DNA of 63,606 nt, the filler included, from Klebsormidium nitens (taxonomy: Eukaryota; Plantae; Klebsormidiophyceae): the NCBI GenBank assembly GCA_000708835.1. It is 8 parts of 8 records of this genome, joined end to end, with 100 filler letters (N's around TTAATTAATTAA, not from the genome) between each part and the next. Parts side by side here need not be neighbours in the genome. Positions count along the whole stretch, not along the records: positions 1 to 27,792 come from DF237810.1; 7 more parts are not named here. One strand, given 5' to 3'. This document shows, piece by piece, positions 12,301-23,400 of the stretch (position 1 is the stretch's first letter; every line of letters starts with the position of its first letter). Position numbers and translations under genes: made by a program. The notes beneath the pieces are model-generated. The model did not search any database. It was not told the origin of the DNA and worked only from the letters and a program-made list of their open reading frames with translations.

Positions 12301-15300
12301 ATAAGCACACGGTTCAAGCCTTTTTTTGGTTCTCAACGGTTTTGACGCTTCTTTGAGTTCTCGACGAAGTTTCTCTCGTTGATCCAGTTCGTGGGGCTCG
12401 TTATGGTCTTGATGGCGATCCCGTTCGAACACACGTGGAACAAGAACGGCAAGTGAGTAACTAAGCACACGGTTGAACCCTTTTTTTGCTTCTCAACGGG
12501 TTTGACGGTAATTCGAGTCCTCGACGGGACTTTCTCTCGGTGATTTTGTTCGTGAAACTCCTTATCGATCTGCTGATTTTTGCGGCGATACTGTTCGAGC
12601 ACACGTGGAACGAGGACGGAAAGTGAGTAGACTCAAAACGGTTGACCCTCCCTTGATTCTCATTAGGTTTGACGGATCTTTAAGCAAATATCTCGGTCCG
12701 CTTCTCTTGATGATCGAATTCTTGAGACTTGTACTGGACCTTCTAGTCTTGGCGGCGAATCCGTTTGAGCAAGCGTTCAACAAGAACGGGAAGGGAGTGG
12801 CTGAACTGGTTTTAAGACGGTGGGAGTTCCCTTCTTATGTATAAATGTGGGTGACAATCTTCTGAGCGATGGTTTTCCGAGAACCATTCCGTGCGGCTTG
12901 GTGTATGCATATTTTGGAGGCACTATGTGGAAGGAGACGGGAGAATGGATGACAGCACGTTTGAAGGCATTGCAGAGAGAAACGTTTGGCTCTCCTGTTG
13001 GGGCAAAGCAAGTCTGGGCGGATTTTGAGCGAGCATCCTAAATCCATCCCGTTTCCCGTCCGTGAGGTAAAAAAGAGAGTTCAAATGCGTAATGATCGAA
13101 ACGGCTGGTCCTGGCGGCGACCCCGCAACACACCGCGTCTGAATTCTCTGAATCCCTGTTAAAGGAAAGTTCACTTTTACGAATAGGAGTCTCAAATTGC
13201 TCTCTATCCTCGCAAAAAGTCTGCCCGGCCGAGGGTTCTGCTGCCTCTGATTGAATACCTTGTCACGTTCTCCTAAGCTCGAAGGCAAATCTCCTTCGCA
13301 CGCGGGCGAGTTTGCCGGAGCAAAGCGTCACTAGTCGCATGCGTTGCAAACAACACAGCCAGAAATCAACCCAACTACGTCTCGCCCTTGCAGGACCACG
13401 GAAAGCATCCTCATAGCCACGGCGACCATAGCGTATTGCTTCCAGCTGCTCCACTACTACCTCGCCTCGCGCGAGCTCTCATCGTTCGTTTTCACTCTGA
13501 GCCGAATGATGTACGACCTCGTCAAGTTTATGGCGGTGTTCATACTCATCTGGGTCGGCTTCGCGCTCGCCTTTTATATTCTTCTGGGCGATCTGCCGAC
13601 CCCGGAAGGCTCCTCCGCGACTTTCACGAGCGTTAACTGGTCTTTTACCACCTTCTTTATCATGCTCTACAGGTGAGTATTGATCGGTCGTTCAATACAG
13701 CTCTGTTCGAGCAATCTGCCCATTTTGACGTATGTTAATCAGTCTGCTGCTGGCAGATGTCAGTCTAGATTTGTCGCCACTACATTCATAATGCTCTATA
13801 GGTGTGGATTACTAAGTCAATTCATAAAAGTTCCTTTCGAGCAACATGCCACTTTTAATAGGAATCCTTTTGTGGGTTGGTGAGTCTGCTGCCGACTAAG
13901 ATTGCTCTGGATTTGTCGACGCTATAACTGGCAGGTTGCGCGGGAAAAGCTGTAAGGCAAGCTTGCCTGGAGTAAGCAAGTTGATTGCTGAACATAGTAC
14001 GCTTTTATTGAAGCGTTTGTTGCGAAAGGTACTTTAGTATGCTCAATTGGGCGTCGCAACTCTTGTCTGCGACGTCAGGCATCAGACAATCACAGAAATC
14101 CACACTCGACAGTCGGCCTAAGGCTTGTTTGTTCCCTGTTGCAGCTGAGTTAGACTTTCCAGGCCATCGGAGATCGCCCTGATCAGGGGCGTCGCAGATT
14201 CTGGCTGCCCTATCAAGTAGCATTCTTAAATTTCCACCGCCAACTTTGAGTTACCAACTTCTACCATCAACTCTAAGTACACTTTTTCTGAGACTTGTCT
14301 TCTTACTGCAGCTATGCCGAGTTCGACTTCCAGGCCATTGAGAACAGCCAAGTCAGGGCCGTCGCAATCGTTCTTTGGTTCTTCTACTTGATGCTCGCGA
14401 ACCTGCTGCTATTGAACCTGCTCATCGCCCAGTTTGCAACGACCTACGAGAAGGTCTACCGAGATAGTTACGCCGTCGCGCTGAGAAAGTGAGTATCGCA
14501 CGAGCCCCCATACTGGCTCACCCTTTTTCTGAGCGCTTACTTGCAATGCTGTAATCAAATGTGCATCATCTTAAGCTAGCCCAGACTTGTGCACATCCGC
14601 TTATCGTGAAGCGCATCCGTGGCAGCAACTAATTTGATTCGACCTCAGAAGGTCTTTGTAGCCCGGAAAATCTATGAGTTGGCCCAAAAGATCACCAAAG
14701 CCCTACCGGGTACCCATCGGTGCAGACGGCAACAAGATAACAAAAAAACCAATCCACTTTCGGCTCACCCCAATCTACTCCTGGTGCCGATTCGGTTAGG
14801 GGGCTCGTACGGTACTGCCAACCTCGGAAACCCACAGGAAAATCTGGCTGCTAACCAGGCTGATTACCAGATTCGAGATCTCAGTTTCTTGGACCAATAT
14901 CCGGGCTTTGACCTCGTTCCGAGGCTGGCTACCGCCCACTTCTGCTTACTGGACACATAACCCACAAGCAGCTCGTAACCGTACATGATTAAGGGCCAAA
15001 AAGTCCTGTGTTTGTGCAAACCTGTTCAAGTTTTCGTCGCCCACTTGACCAAAGTGTCAACATGGACGGGGTTGACGAACAACTCTGGTAATAAGCTCGG
15101 TTCGGATTGCGTCAACGGCCAAAGCGGAGCGTCAACAAACAAACCGTAGTCCAACGTAACGATTCCGAAACGGAATTTTGTTCGAACTACTTTGTAACAA
15201 TCCGGACGAAATTGCGGAATCATAATCATGATGAATCCGACAAGAATCCAAACGCCTTATATTGTCACTTGGAAACGGATATCCTAGCTGGTTCTGGCAG

Positions 15301-17435
15301 TTTCATGGCTTCCAAGGACCATTCTAAAGTTGGTCAACCTTCCGAGTTTCTGATTTTCCAGATGCATAGAAATGTTTAAACGATAGAAATGATCACCAGG
15401 TTGGAGTACGGGTGATACAATAGCTTTTCTCCCTGGTTTGCAGGCTCGCCCATGAACTCTTAGCGATCGAAGGCACCTTCTCGACCGAGGAACGGCTCAA
15501 GCACTACAACAAACTCAACTTCGACCAGCCCCTCGAGTTTGACGAGTTTGACGCGGGGCCGTCAGGAGGCATTCAGGTAACATACGCTTTACCGCTTTGC
15601 TCACACTTATCTGCCAGTAGGATACGCTATTCCGCTGTGCTTGTGAGCTATCTGCCATCGGCCGCCTTGTGAGGGGTCCGTCAAATAGCTTTTTGATGCG
15701 CTCGACGACGGCCGACAGGAATATACGCTATACTGCATTCAGCCGCCGTTTGAACCGACGGTGCAGTGCGATCCGCTTGCAACTGGGCCGGAACGGAAGA
15801 GAAGCTGAAACCCATTGCAATTTGACCTGGGAGAATGCACAGGAACCGGAGCGATTGCGGCCCCCGACTCGAGGCCGGTCCGCACTAATTCGCTTTCTGC
15901 ATCTGAGAGAGCAGCCGTTCGAATATTGCTGATCATTCAACTCGCTGCTGGACTATTTACATGCTCAGTTTCTGTGTGTGCCCTTAAACGAATTTGATTC
16001 CGGGCGACTCGATTACGCCCCGTTTGAACGCTCGGATTGGAATCGCAAATACCTTGCCGGAATTGCGAGTGTAACGTGCGCTTGTTTTGCCAGTGCAAAA
16101 ACGCCGTCTCTTCGTGAACCGCACAATATCAGCGTCACAATGACGATCTCTTGCTGACACCCATTCCAGAATAACGTCAAGCAGGTGCTTCAAGACGTGG
16201 ACACGTCAGCCGACAAGATCGTGGACCGCATCCAGCGGTTCGGCGGCAAGTCCGCCCCCGATTTGCCCTGGCCGGGGGAGACCACCGAGAACTACAACCT
16301 CGTTTCCGGCCCGGACAACGGAACGGACGAGCGGAAGCCCGCCGCACCGGAACCGGCTCAACGGAAGCCCGCCTCACCGGAACCGGGCCATCGGAAGCCC
16401 GCCGAACCGGAGAGACGAGCGGGTCGTCCGGCTGCCAGCGGAGAGGGAGGAGGGGAGGGGCCGGGCGCGGCAGAGAAGAGTCCGATCGAGTTTTGGAACA
16501 ATAAAGGGCAGGCGGAGCGTTTCCGGATGATCGCAGACTGTAGGGACGACTCTTCTCTTACGGAGTCAGAGGCGTTTTACCGGGCGGGCGTGTTGAGGGG
16601 CCGGGGGGATGGGCCGGTGCGGAAACGGCGGGCGAGCTTGACCAGGATCGTTTCCGCCGCGGAGCTCGCGGGGCACAAGACGCCGAAGTCCAAGTGGCTG
16701 GCCATACACGGGAAGGTGAAGACTCGCTTCTTGCCAAGCCCGCATGAAATCTGATTGCAAAATGTGGTTTAAATACAGTGCCTCGAAATCCCAAGCCAGC
16801 GAAGGGTTCTGGGAGTCCAAGTGAATTCTCGCTTCTTTGCCAAGCCCACGGATCTTGTTGAGTACTGTTTGATTTCCGGAGGTCGACAGCAAATGCATCT
16901 GAAGGCAATAGAGATTGTTCGCTTTCGAACCGGGAGAAGTCCGCGCTTTGATCAATCTTGCTTTGATCCGTTTTCCAGACAACCATTCTCGGAGGCTGAT
17001 TTATTCACAGCTTTTGTCGAGGCACTAAGGAAACGTAGGCGTCGCCCCATCCTTGATCTACGACTCTTGTCCACTACAGGGACATACAGCCTTTGAAGTG
17101 TTGGAGAGTCTCGCTGCGAATCGTGACCATGTACTGTTTTGGGCGACCGCCAAAGCGGAGACCGTGCTAAACGTTCGCTAAGTAGGAACGCTCTTCCAAC
17201 GCCCTCCCTATTGAAAACGTGTGTACTCATTCGTATGCAGGTGTACGATGTGACGACATTTGCCGGTACGCATCCCGGGGGGTTGATCATCGACTCAGCA
17301 TTGGGACGCGATGCTACTCAGGAGTTTGAGGCTTCCGGACATAGCGATTACGCACGGGGCCTCTTAAAGCCGTTGAAGGTGGGGCGACTATTGCCAGCAC
17401 CGTCAAGCGATCAGCATGGCTACTTGGGTGGTTAA
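3303..17435 (+). CDS. 13-exon gene: globin + ankyrin-like repeats + TRP-type 6TM cation channel + C-terminal cytochrome b5 heme-binding domain (about 948 aa)
   Basis: Exons 3303-3535, 4657-4875, 5789-5939, 7136-7228, 8276-8463, 9215-9401, 10965-11176, 11877-12125, 13394-13672, 14312-14488, 15444-15576, 16185-16715, 17241-17435. All introns are GT-AG, all phases match, total 2847 nt = 949 codons. Junctions give sensible peptides: LFKKTK|NIQ, FPAVGQ|ALLQTL, WTAIVS|VMSVHL, GGIQ|VLQD, WLAIHGK|VYDVT. Exon 1 and the start codon are the least certain. Confidence 0.85.
4657..8299 (+). CDS. Globin domain (3/3 fold, flavohemoglobin/single-domain-globin-like) of the fusion gene, exons 2-5
   Basis: LTTSDVKLVQESW (A helix), TLFYVNLFTLAPHLESLF (Tyr at B10, Phe at CD1), IQEAMF (probable Gln E7), SAIRHLRYGV (proximal His F8), FPAVGQALLQTL (G), WTPEVKAAWIKLWTAIVSVM (H). 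Confidence 0.92.
6020..6700 (+). repeat. About 5 decaying tandem copies of the exon 3 3' end plus donor region inside intron 3
   Basis: Recurring GCGCTACGGCGTGTCCGTGTCCATGTTCCCCGCAGT(C/T)GG...AGGTTA variants near 6022, 6165, 6325, 6468 and 6640. Confidence 0.85.
7995..8775 (+). repeat. Copies of both ends of exon 5 in the flanking introns
   Basis: Exon-start copies near 8000 and 8137 (GTGATGTCCGTGCCCTTGAAG); exon-end plus donor copies near 8560-8615 (almost perfect, LLMAIRDKKVDLVK then GTGAGG) and 8710-8775. Confidence 0.85.
8300..9401 (+). CDS. Ankyrin-like repeat region of the fusion gene, exons 5-6
   Basis: SGLTPLLMAIRDKKVDLVKYML fits the ankyrin GxTPLxxA...V..LL pattern; the preceding LTRAVACNSLALVAAEL resembles a second degenerate repeat. 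Confidence 0.6.
9530..10800 (+). repeat. Intron 6 array: copies of the exon 6 end/donor and at least 5 copies of the exon 7 acceptor plus start
   Basis: GCC(A/G)ACTT(C/T)TAC/TATATTC(A/G)GGGCC..TACGG unit starting at 10142, 10278, 10413, 10611 and 10752 (true exon 10965); all but 10142 follow CAG. Donor-side copies near 9535 and 9722. Confidence 0.9.
10965..14488 (+). CDS. TRP-like ion-transport domain (pre-S1 to S6 and TRP-helix region), exons 7-10
   Basis: Pre-S1 HPVTGILIFQKWNMFG; six hydrophobic segments; S4-S5 FTLSRMMYDLVKFMAVFILIWVGFALAFYILL; pore helix FTSVNWSFTTFFIML..EFDF; S6 LMLANLLLLNLLIAQFATTYEKV, matching the TRP LLNLLIAM..TY..V consensus. Confidence 0.88.
11430..11800 (+). repeat. 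About 152-bp tandem copies of the exon 8 acceptor plus start in intron 7
   Basis: TAG|GTACGTCGCTTGGCCTCGCCAGATCGACGG at 11572 and 11724 versus the true exon at 11877; a fainter copy near 11435. Confidence 0.92.
12130..12810 (+). repeat. About 165-bp tandem copies of the exon 8 3' end plus donor in intron 8
   Basis: CACACGTGGAAC...AA|GTGAGT recurs with intact GTGAGT at 12293, 12453 and 12623 (true donor 12126); a degraded copy near 12770. Confidence 0.92.
16647..17435 (+). CDS. Cytochrome b5-like heme-binding domain split by the last intron of the fusion gene
   Basis: IVSAAELAGHKTPKSKWLAIHGK, donor GTGAAG at 16716, acceptor ATGCAG ending 17240, then VYDVTTFAGTHPGGLIIDSALGRDATQEFEASGHSDYARGLL. 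Both axial His motifs (HPGG, GHS) are intact; stop TAA at 17433-17435. Confidence 0.92.
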
Positions 17436-18105
17436 AAGAGAGTCATATATAGGGGCCCGACGGGTTGCATTTGGGCGTTCACTGCGCGTGAGCCTGCCCG
17501 ACAACCCGCTTGATTGAGGTCCATGCATTCATGCCTAAAAGCTCGACCATAATAAAAAGAGGCGGGAAAAAGGCCGGTCTCGAGGATACACTAAGTGGTT
17601 TGTTGACGTCTAGAGTCTAGACCACATAAAGGCAAAGCATACTAAATCGTCAATTATTTGCTAAACTTCGATGAATCTAACAACTAGAACAGATCTGGGT
17701 GGCCATTGGGCCGCGTCGAATTAGGTCACCTGCCGCTGGAACATACATAACAAGGTTCGCTAGGTCCATGTACAATGATGCCGAGCCCTGGAGTCTACAT
17801 AGGCGTGACACGTCCGTCCATGTGAATTCGGCACTAACCTCTGATACTGTACTTGCACAATGCTCCATGCCTCGGATCTGATATACCCGGGCTATAAAAG
17901 AAGTATCCATACACGTACATACGATCATGTCTCTGCGATGAAGCGCAACTGGCGGCGGTAGATATTCTGCAATCACTGAAGAGCTGTTAGCCACACTGAT
18001 TCATTAGTATGGCCCGGGCCGGCAATTGGCTACCGTACGTGACCTGAGCTGTAGCCGATGTGTCCATGCGAACTTACTAGTGACGCATTAACAATGCGCC
18101 ATTGT

Positions 18106-18827
18106 CATAGCGTTCTAGAAGTAGCTTGGGAACATGCCCCTAACTCAGCCCGGTTGCTTGATGGAGAAGTGGTCGCATTTGGATGAGATTCGTTTGCAGG
18201 ATAAGGTTCGGAGGAAGTGTTAGGGGCGGCCGAGCTCCGAACCTAAGCACTGGAAACCAAGACATGCACCCGACTACTGTACCGACCAGCAGTGTATATA
18301 GCTGTTAGACCCGGAGCCTACCGTCGGTAGACATTTCACCGTGCGATTCGCGACCGGCCTAGCTCAAATCACTGGCAACAAATTGAATCGACACCGGCCT
18401 CTACGAGTTATCGCGCTTTGATGTACGAATTGCGTGCCAACGTCATATTAAGTTTACACATACCGCAGAGGCTGAACCCCGCGACCGTACGGTACCGCTG
18501 TTCGGTCTGACACGTTAGACCGTGAAGCATAGTTGGCGGGCTCTGCGCGCGCCGTGTGGCATAAAATAATATTATGCTCGTGTGGCCGTACGATCGGGTG
18601 CACACTGTGCACGCGCAGCCACACTGTGCACGCGCAGAGTATTTTGCCCCGCAATTGACACTACTTTCTGCCTGCTGTTCTGGTAAGGCACATTTGCACC
18701 GTCGATGAAGCTTTTGACGGCTAAAACTACCTTATCCTGCGCGGCAATCCAATTTGAGATCTGCAGTGGTGGCTTCTACGGCCTCCGAGTTAGGGGCATG
18801 GTCGCGCGCTACTTCTAGAACGCTATG
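18106..18827. mobile_element. Non-autonomous TIR DNA transposon (MITE-like), 722 bp, 3-bp TSD
   Basis: CATAGCGTTCTAGAAGTAGC-N7-CATGCCCCTAACTC at 18106-18146 is the reverse complement of 18787-18827 (20 bp and 14 bp perfect blocks). TGT flanks both ends (18103-18105 and 18828-18830). No convincing ORF inside. Confidence 0.75.
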
Positions 18828-19885
18828 TGTACCTGCAACCCCGGCGCCTCAATGACGGCAACTATAATCGGATGAGGAGACTTCGATAGTACGTGCAATT
18901 ATTACAGCAGACTAGCTGAATTATGCATTCGAAGCCAAAGTAACTCATGCAGAAGCTCATTGACAGCTTGCAGAGCCCAATCCAGCTACCTGTACACGGT
19001 ATGTGCGGTGCCAATCTTTCTCTTCATGGTCTAACTGAGCCAGTACATGCGGTATGGTTTGTCCGATCCGGCTCCGTCACCAGTCACGGGTTCTAGCTAG
19101 CAGTGCAACTACCGTACGTGATAAAGTATAGGCATGCTTTATTGCTCAAAGCTGAAGGTTCGCGATCGAGTCTTGGGTCGAAGTGATGTTTCTACCGTCG
19201 ATCTGTTTCTAAGTCGCGGCTTCCGATTTGCAATTGCCTGAAGCCTGCAGCGCAACCCATACCCGCTAATGGTCTTGCATTAAAAGCCCCCCCGGGAAAC
19301 TGGCAAAGCGATATTCAGCGGTCTTTAGTGCAGTGGATGACTACTGTACGGGTGATGGCAACGTCCAACAAGGCGGGCAACAAAGACAGTTTGTTCCTAA
19401 CCTGCTACGCAACCATTTTCGCAAGCCTAGAAAAAGTTGCAGTGGTTTCCAAGAATGTTTGACGGGCAGGATAAACAAAACAGTCTTCGCTCCCACACAC
19501 CTTCGACGGAACGCGCTGTAAGAGATTCCAAGCAAGTTTGACGTGCACTAGAATGGCTGTTACCGCTGTTACCCCCCAAAAACGCCGACGCCTCAACACA
19601 AGACGAAAACCTTTGGTACACTACCCCTCGTAGATGCTTTTTCAATGTGAGTCACAACGGCTGTCGTTAGTCCTGCTTAAGGGAATTTCTACTATGATAT
19701 ACACGCTGTACATTCCCCGTATATTCCGTTCTCCTCCTCGCGTGCGGTACTCCTTCCTGCTGCACCTGCCGGAACCCCGATCACTTCAAGAAACCAAGTC
19801 GACGGGTCGGCTCATATCGTCAGTTCTCGTTGCTCTCCCTCGTACCTGCTGCTCGCCGTCTCACGCCCGTGCAAAAAGGGTCACA

Positions 19886-20113
19886 GCTCGCTTCATCATT
19901 CCGCCCACTTCTGTTCGTTCGTTCCGCTCATTCCGCTCACTTCATCACTTGTCTAATAGCAGCTGATGCCACTTGTCCGCGCCCGGTAGGTGTCCACCGT
20001 CCATCACCGCTCGTTTCGTCATTCCGCCCACTTCTATCTGTTCGTTCCGCTCGTTCCGCTCACTTCATCACTCGTCTAATAGCAGCTGATGCCACTCGTT
20101 CGCCCCCGGTAGG
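19886..20113. repeat. Two-copy 123-bp tandem duplication near the 3' end of the MYB gene
   Basis: GCTCG(C/T)TTC(A/G)TCATTCCGCCCACTTCT...CTAATAGCAGCTGATGCCACT...CCGGTAGGT at 19886 and 20009. Confidence 0.85.
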
Positions 20114-20423
20114 TCTCCTCCGGGCAGCCCGAGGACAGAATCCCACCCCCTCTGATACCTCTCTTCCTCCGATCCTCTGAACGTCGTCATGATGACGTCA
20201 GTCTCTGACATCTCTGTGCCGTTTCGTTCCTCTTTTGGCGAGTAGCCACTCTCCGTTCCGGTTTCAGAATACTCGCTCGAACGGGGGTATGCAAAGAGCG
20301 CGGTCGGGTTAACTTGCGCGCCCGGGTTAGCCCAGGTTAGCCCCGGGTTTGTAATCTCGGGGGCGCCTTCTCTTCCAAACCTCCAGTGGGGTTGCAAGTG
20401 GGTCCTCGCCCTCGCTCCGCCCG

Positions 20424-23400
20424 TCACAATTCCGAGCGGATTCCGCTCCCCCTCTCGACCGGAACATAAGCGACTCCTGCCCCGGTGCCATTCCCCGAGA
20501 GACGCTCCAGCGTCAAGAGGCACGAAGTGATCTCTGACTCGTCATGAGCTCTGCTCAATTCCACCAACGTTTTGCGCGTATTCACACCATCCGGGTAGAC
20601 ATTCCTCGTTTCGCTCCCAGACTCAGGCGGCAGAGACAGTTTCTCGTTTCGGGGGGCTTCCAGCTGCGTCTCTTGCTTCGCAAGCAGCCCCCCCGCCGCG
20701 GATCCCCCGATCAGCGTTTGCAGGAATTGGACTATGGAGCGCATTTGGGAGTGCTGCTCCCGCAATCGGAACACATCCGGGGGGGTAGAACCCCCGGGTT
20801 TTTTACAACCCAGCTCCAAGTCCGCCCCTTGCTCCTCCACAAGCGACCGGAGGTGGTCACTCAGCAGGGCGCATAGGATCGCGTCGTTCGTTCCCGGGGG
20901 GTACATTGCGCGCTGAGCGGGACCCCCCGAGGCGAGAAGCATTCCGGAGCTCTTGTTCCGCTCCGTTCCGTTCCTCGTTTCGGTAGCACAGCGCCCGGGA
21001 GATCCCCCCGACGCCCGCTTCCGCTTCCGCACACCAGCCTGCTCGCGCGGATTTACGGCGACTGCTGCTGATGTCATCCTCAGGCCAAACCCTGACGTTA
21101 TCGCAGCAGCTTCCGCTGACGCAGCAGCGGAAGGGGGCTGCATTCCGCGGAACGCCGTGCGGATCGCGTGCGGAATTGGCTCGGGGAATGGGGCCGTCTG
21201 AAAAGCGTGGTCGGCCGAGGGCCTTTCCGGGGCGAGAAGCGGTTCGCGCCGGGAGTCCCGGTACCAACCGGCGGATGACGTGTCCAGGCTTGTTGCCATT
21301 CGAACCGGGATCGTGACAATAGTCGGGGCAGAGTGGGGAGCCAGAGGAACGCTCAAGGAGCGACGGGGGGTTACGGGTTTAGGAATAACCCTATCGAAAT
21401 CCAGGGGTTCGAGATCCGAGAGCTGAGAGGTGAGGAGTTGTGAGGTCGAGTTTCGAGGGCTTAGAGGTCTAAGACTTTTGGCAAAAAGTCCCCGAAGATC
21501 CGCATTTCGGTCTTCAGATCCGGGGCTCGCGAAAGAGGGAGCGTCAACCCCCAGGTTCTGGGGGGTCACCTCGACTTGGAAAACCCCCCCCTGCCCGTAC
21601 GGAAAAGCGGCTCCCGCACCTTTTGACCAGTCGAGGGGGTCGGTCGGTGATCGACCCAAGGTTGCCGGCGGATTCCGCCTCCATTCCGCTGCCAATGACC
21701 GGGCCCACGCTGAATGAAACCGCAACTCCGCGGTAGGATTCATCGGGCCGTCTGCCAGTCTTGGCAGTACTTTTTCAGCGGGGCTCGGTTTTACCGGCGG
21801 GAGCGCTTGGGGTCGTTCCGGCGGCGGTCCGCTGCGGAATAAGAAGGACGGCCGGATTGAGAGGAGGTATAAAGGACAAGTTTTCTCAAGCAATGCCCGG
21901 GGTGGTTGAGAGTTTACGCAGGGGCGGGTCAGTTGTTCGAGATCAAAGTGTACCGCTCGGTCATGCAGAAATCTGAGCGTGTCGAACCGTGCGAGATAAC
22001 CCGCTTCGGATCAGCCTCTTAAAATGCAAACTGCTAAGAGTGCTTCGTAATGTTGTACATCCGAAGCACTGCCGAAGGGAGCTCGCGACTCGCAAATCGA
22101 ACTAGGAATCTGGACAAAACATGTACTCGCATTATTTTCCGAGTATGAGAGTCGTTTGAACGCCCGCTTGCCACTCGAAGAAGAGTAAAACGTGTCGTCG
22201 CTCGTTGCTTGCGGGACAGAAATCTATCAGCGGGCACTGCTGACACGACATTCCACCTCTCTCGTCAACGGCAAGGAACACCGAGAGATTGAATTCTCCT
22301 GAGTTCTAGTAACTTAGACGAAGCATATCGACTTGACCGCACTCAAAGAAGACGTCAGAAACAGCCCACTATCCGCAATTCAGACACCTCACCTTTCCGC
22401 ACTGACTGCTTTCTTCACCGAGCAAACGGCCGGGGACGTCGTCATTGCCGCCTTCTGTATCGACGGAAACGAAATTCACTCGGTCAGTCAACAGCAGAGC
22501 GACTCCTGGACCCTTGCTAGGAGCTGTGTAGGTGCGCGGAGCAAACGCGTGTCCGCCTCCCTCTTAAAACAGTGCCGCAGCCTGAAGTAGAACGTGGTCC
22601 TTCGTAAAAGACTAAAACCCGTTGACTGCGCATTCGCGACTCTTAGAACCGGACGCTCACGTCAGCAGAAGCTTTCTTCTGAATGTTGCCAACACTAAAG
22701 AAAGAGCGCATCGTGCGTCGAAGGGCGCCAGTGCTCGTCCGACCGGCGTGCGCAAGCAAAGAAAACAAGGTTGCAGGTACAAACATGATTCGGAGAAAGA
22801 GAGCGAAACCGAGAATGAAGAGTCGGAGCTTCTCGTTTTTGACCCGCTGGTGGGAGTCAAGGAGATTCTGAAAACGATCCGACAATCGGCCTTCAATAGG
22901 CGGTAGTGATCAAACGACCAACCGCATGGCGGTTGAAGATAAGCCGGCTGTATGCGGTGATTAAGATAGCTCGAGTTACCCCAAAGTCACAACTTGCGCG
23001 CATATGGCAGTTCTGCGTTGCCCTCTGGGTTATGTTAGTCAGAGTATCCCTGTGAAAGACAAGCGCGCACCTTGGCAGCGGTGATCTCTTTCCAGTGCGC
23101 TTTGATCGCGGCCTGGCTTCGTCCTGGCAACTTCTCCGCGATAGCCGCCCATCTACAAAATGCCCATACAAAAATGATTATTTCCCATTTACATCCTTAT
23201 ATCATATGAAGTTCACGCTCCCACAATCGGCGCCTAAAAGGCGCCCAAGTGGCTTCCAGCGCGTGCACCAGGTACGTGTCAGACATCAGATCCGCCTGAC
23301 ACCACAAAGGCACCATTATTGCCCTGACTGAGTAATCGACGCCCAAGGTATACGTATCTTTAGATTGACAACTAGATTTCAAGCGTGATTTTATTCCAAC

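Noticed and set aside
10130-12810. Regularly spaced repeats resembling a CRISPR array (also the 103-bp array at 46.8 kb)
   Set aside because: Units are 100-200 bp, the spacers are homologous to each other, the repeats copy exon ends, there are no cas genes, and the context is eukaryotic.
16716-16754. TGA 16752-16754 as the channel gene's end, with cytochrome b5 as a separate gene
   Set aside because: The b5 N-terminal half lies in the channel exon and joins in phase at the canonical K|VYDVT position; the downstream piece has an acceptor but no start of its own.
18601-18643. Short direct repeat CACACTGTGCACGCGCAG x2
   Set aside because: A simple slippage-type duplication inside the MITE-like element, with no independent significance.
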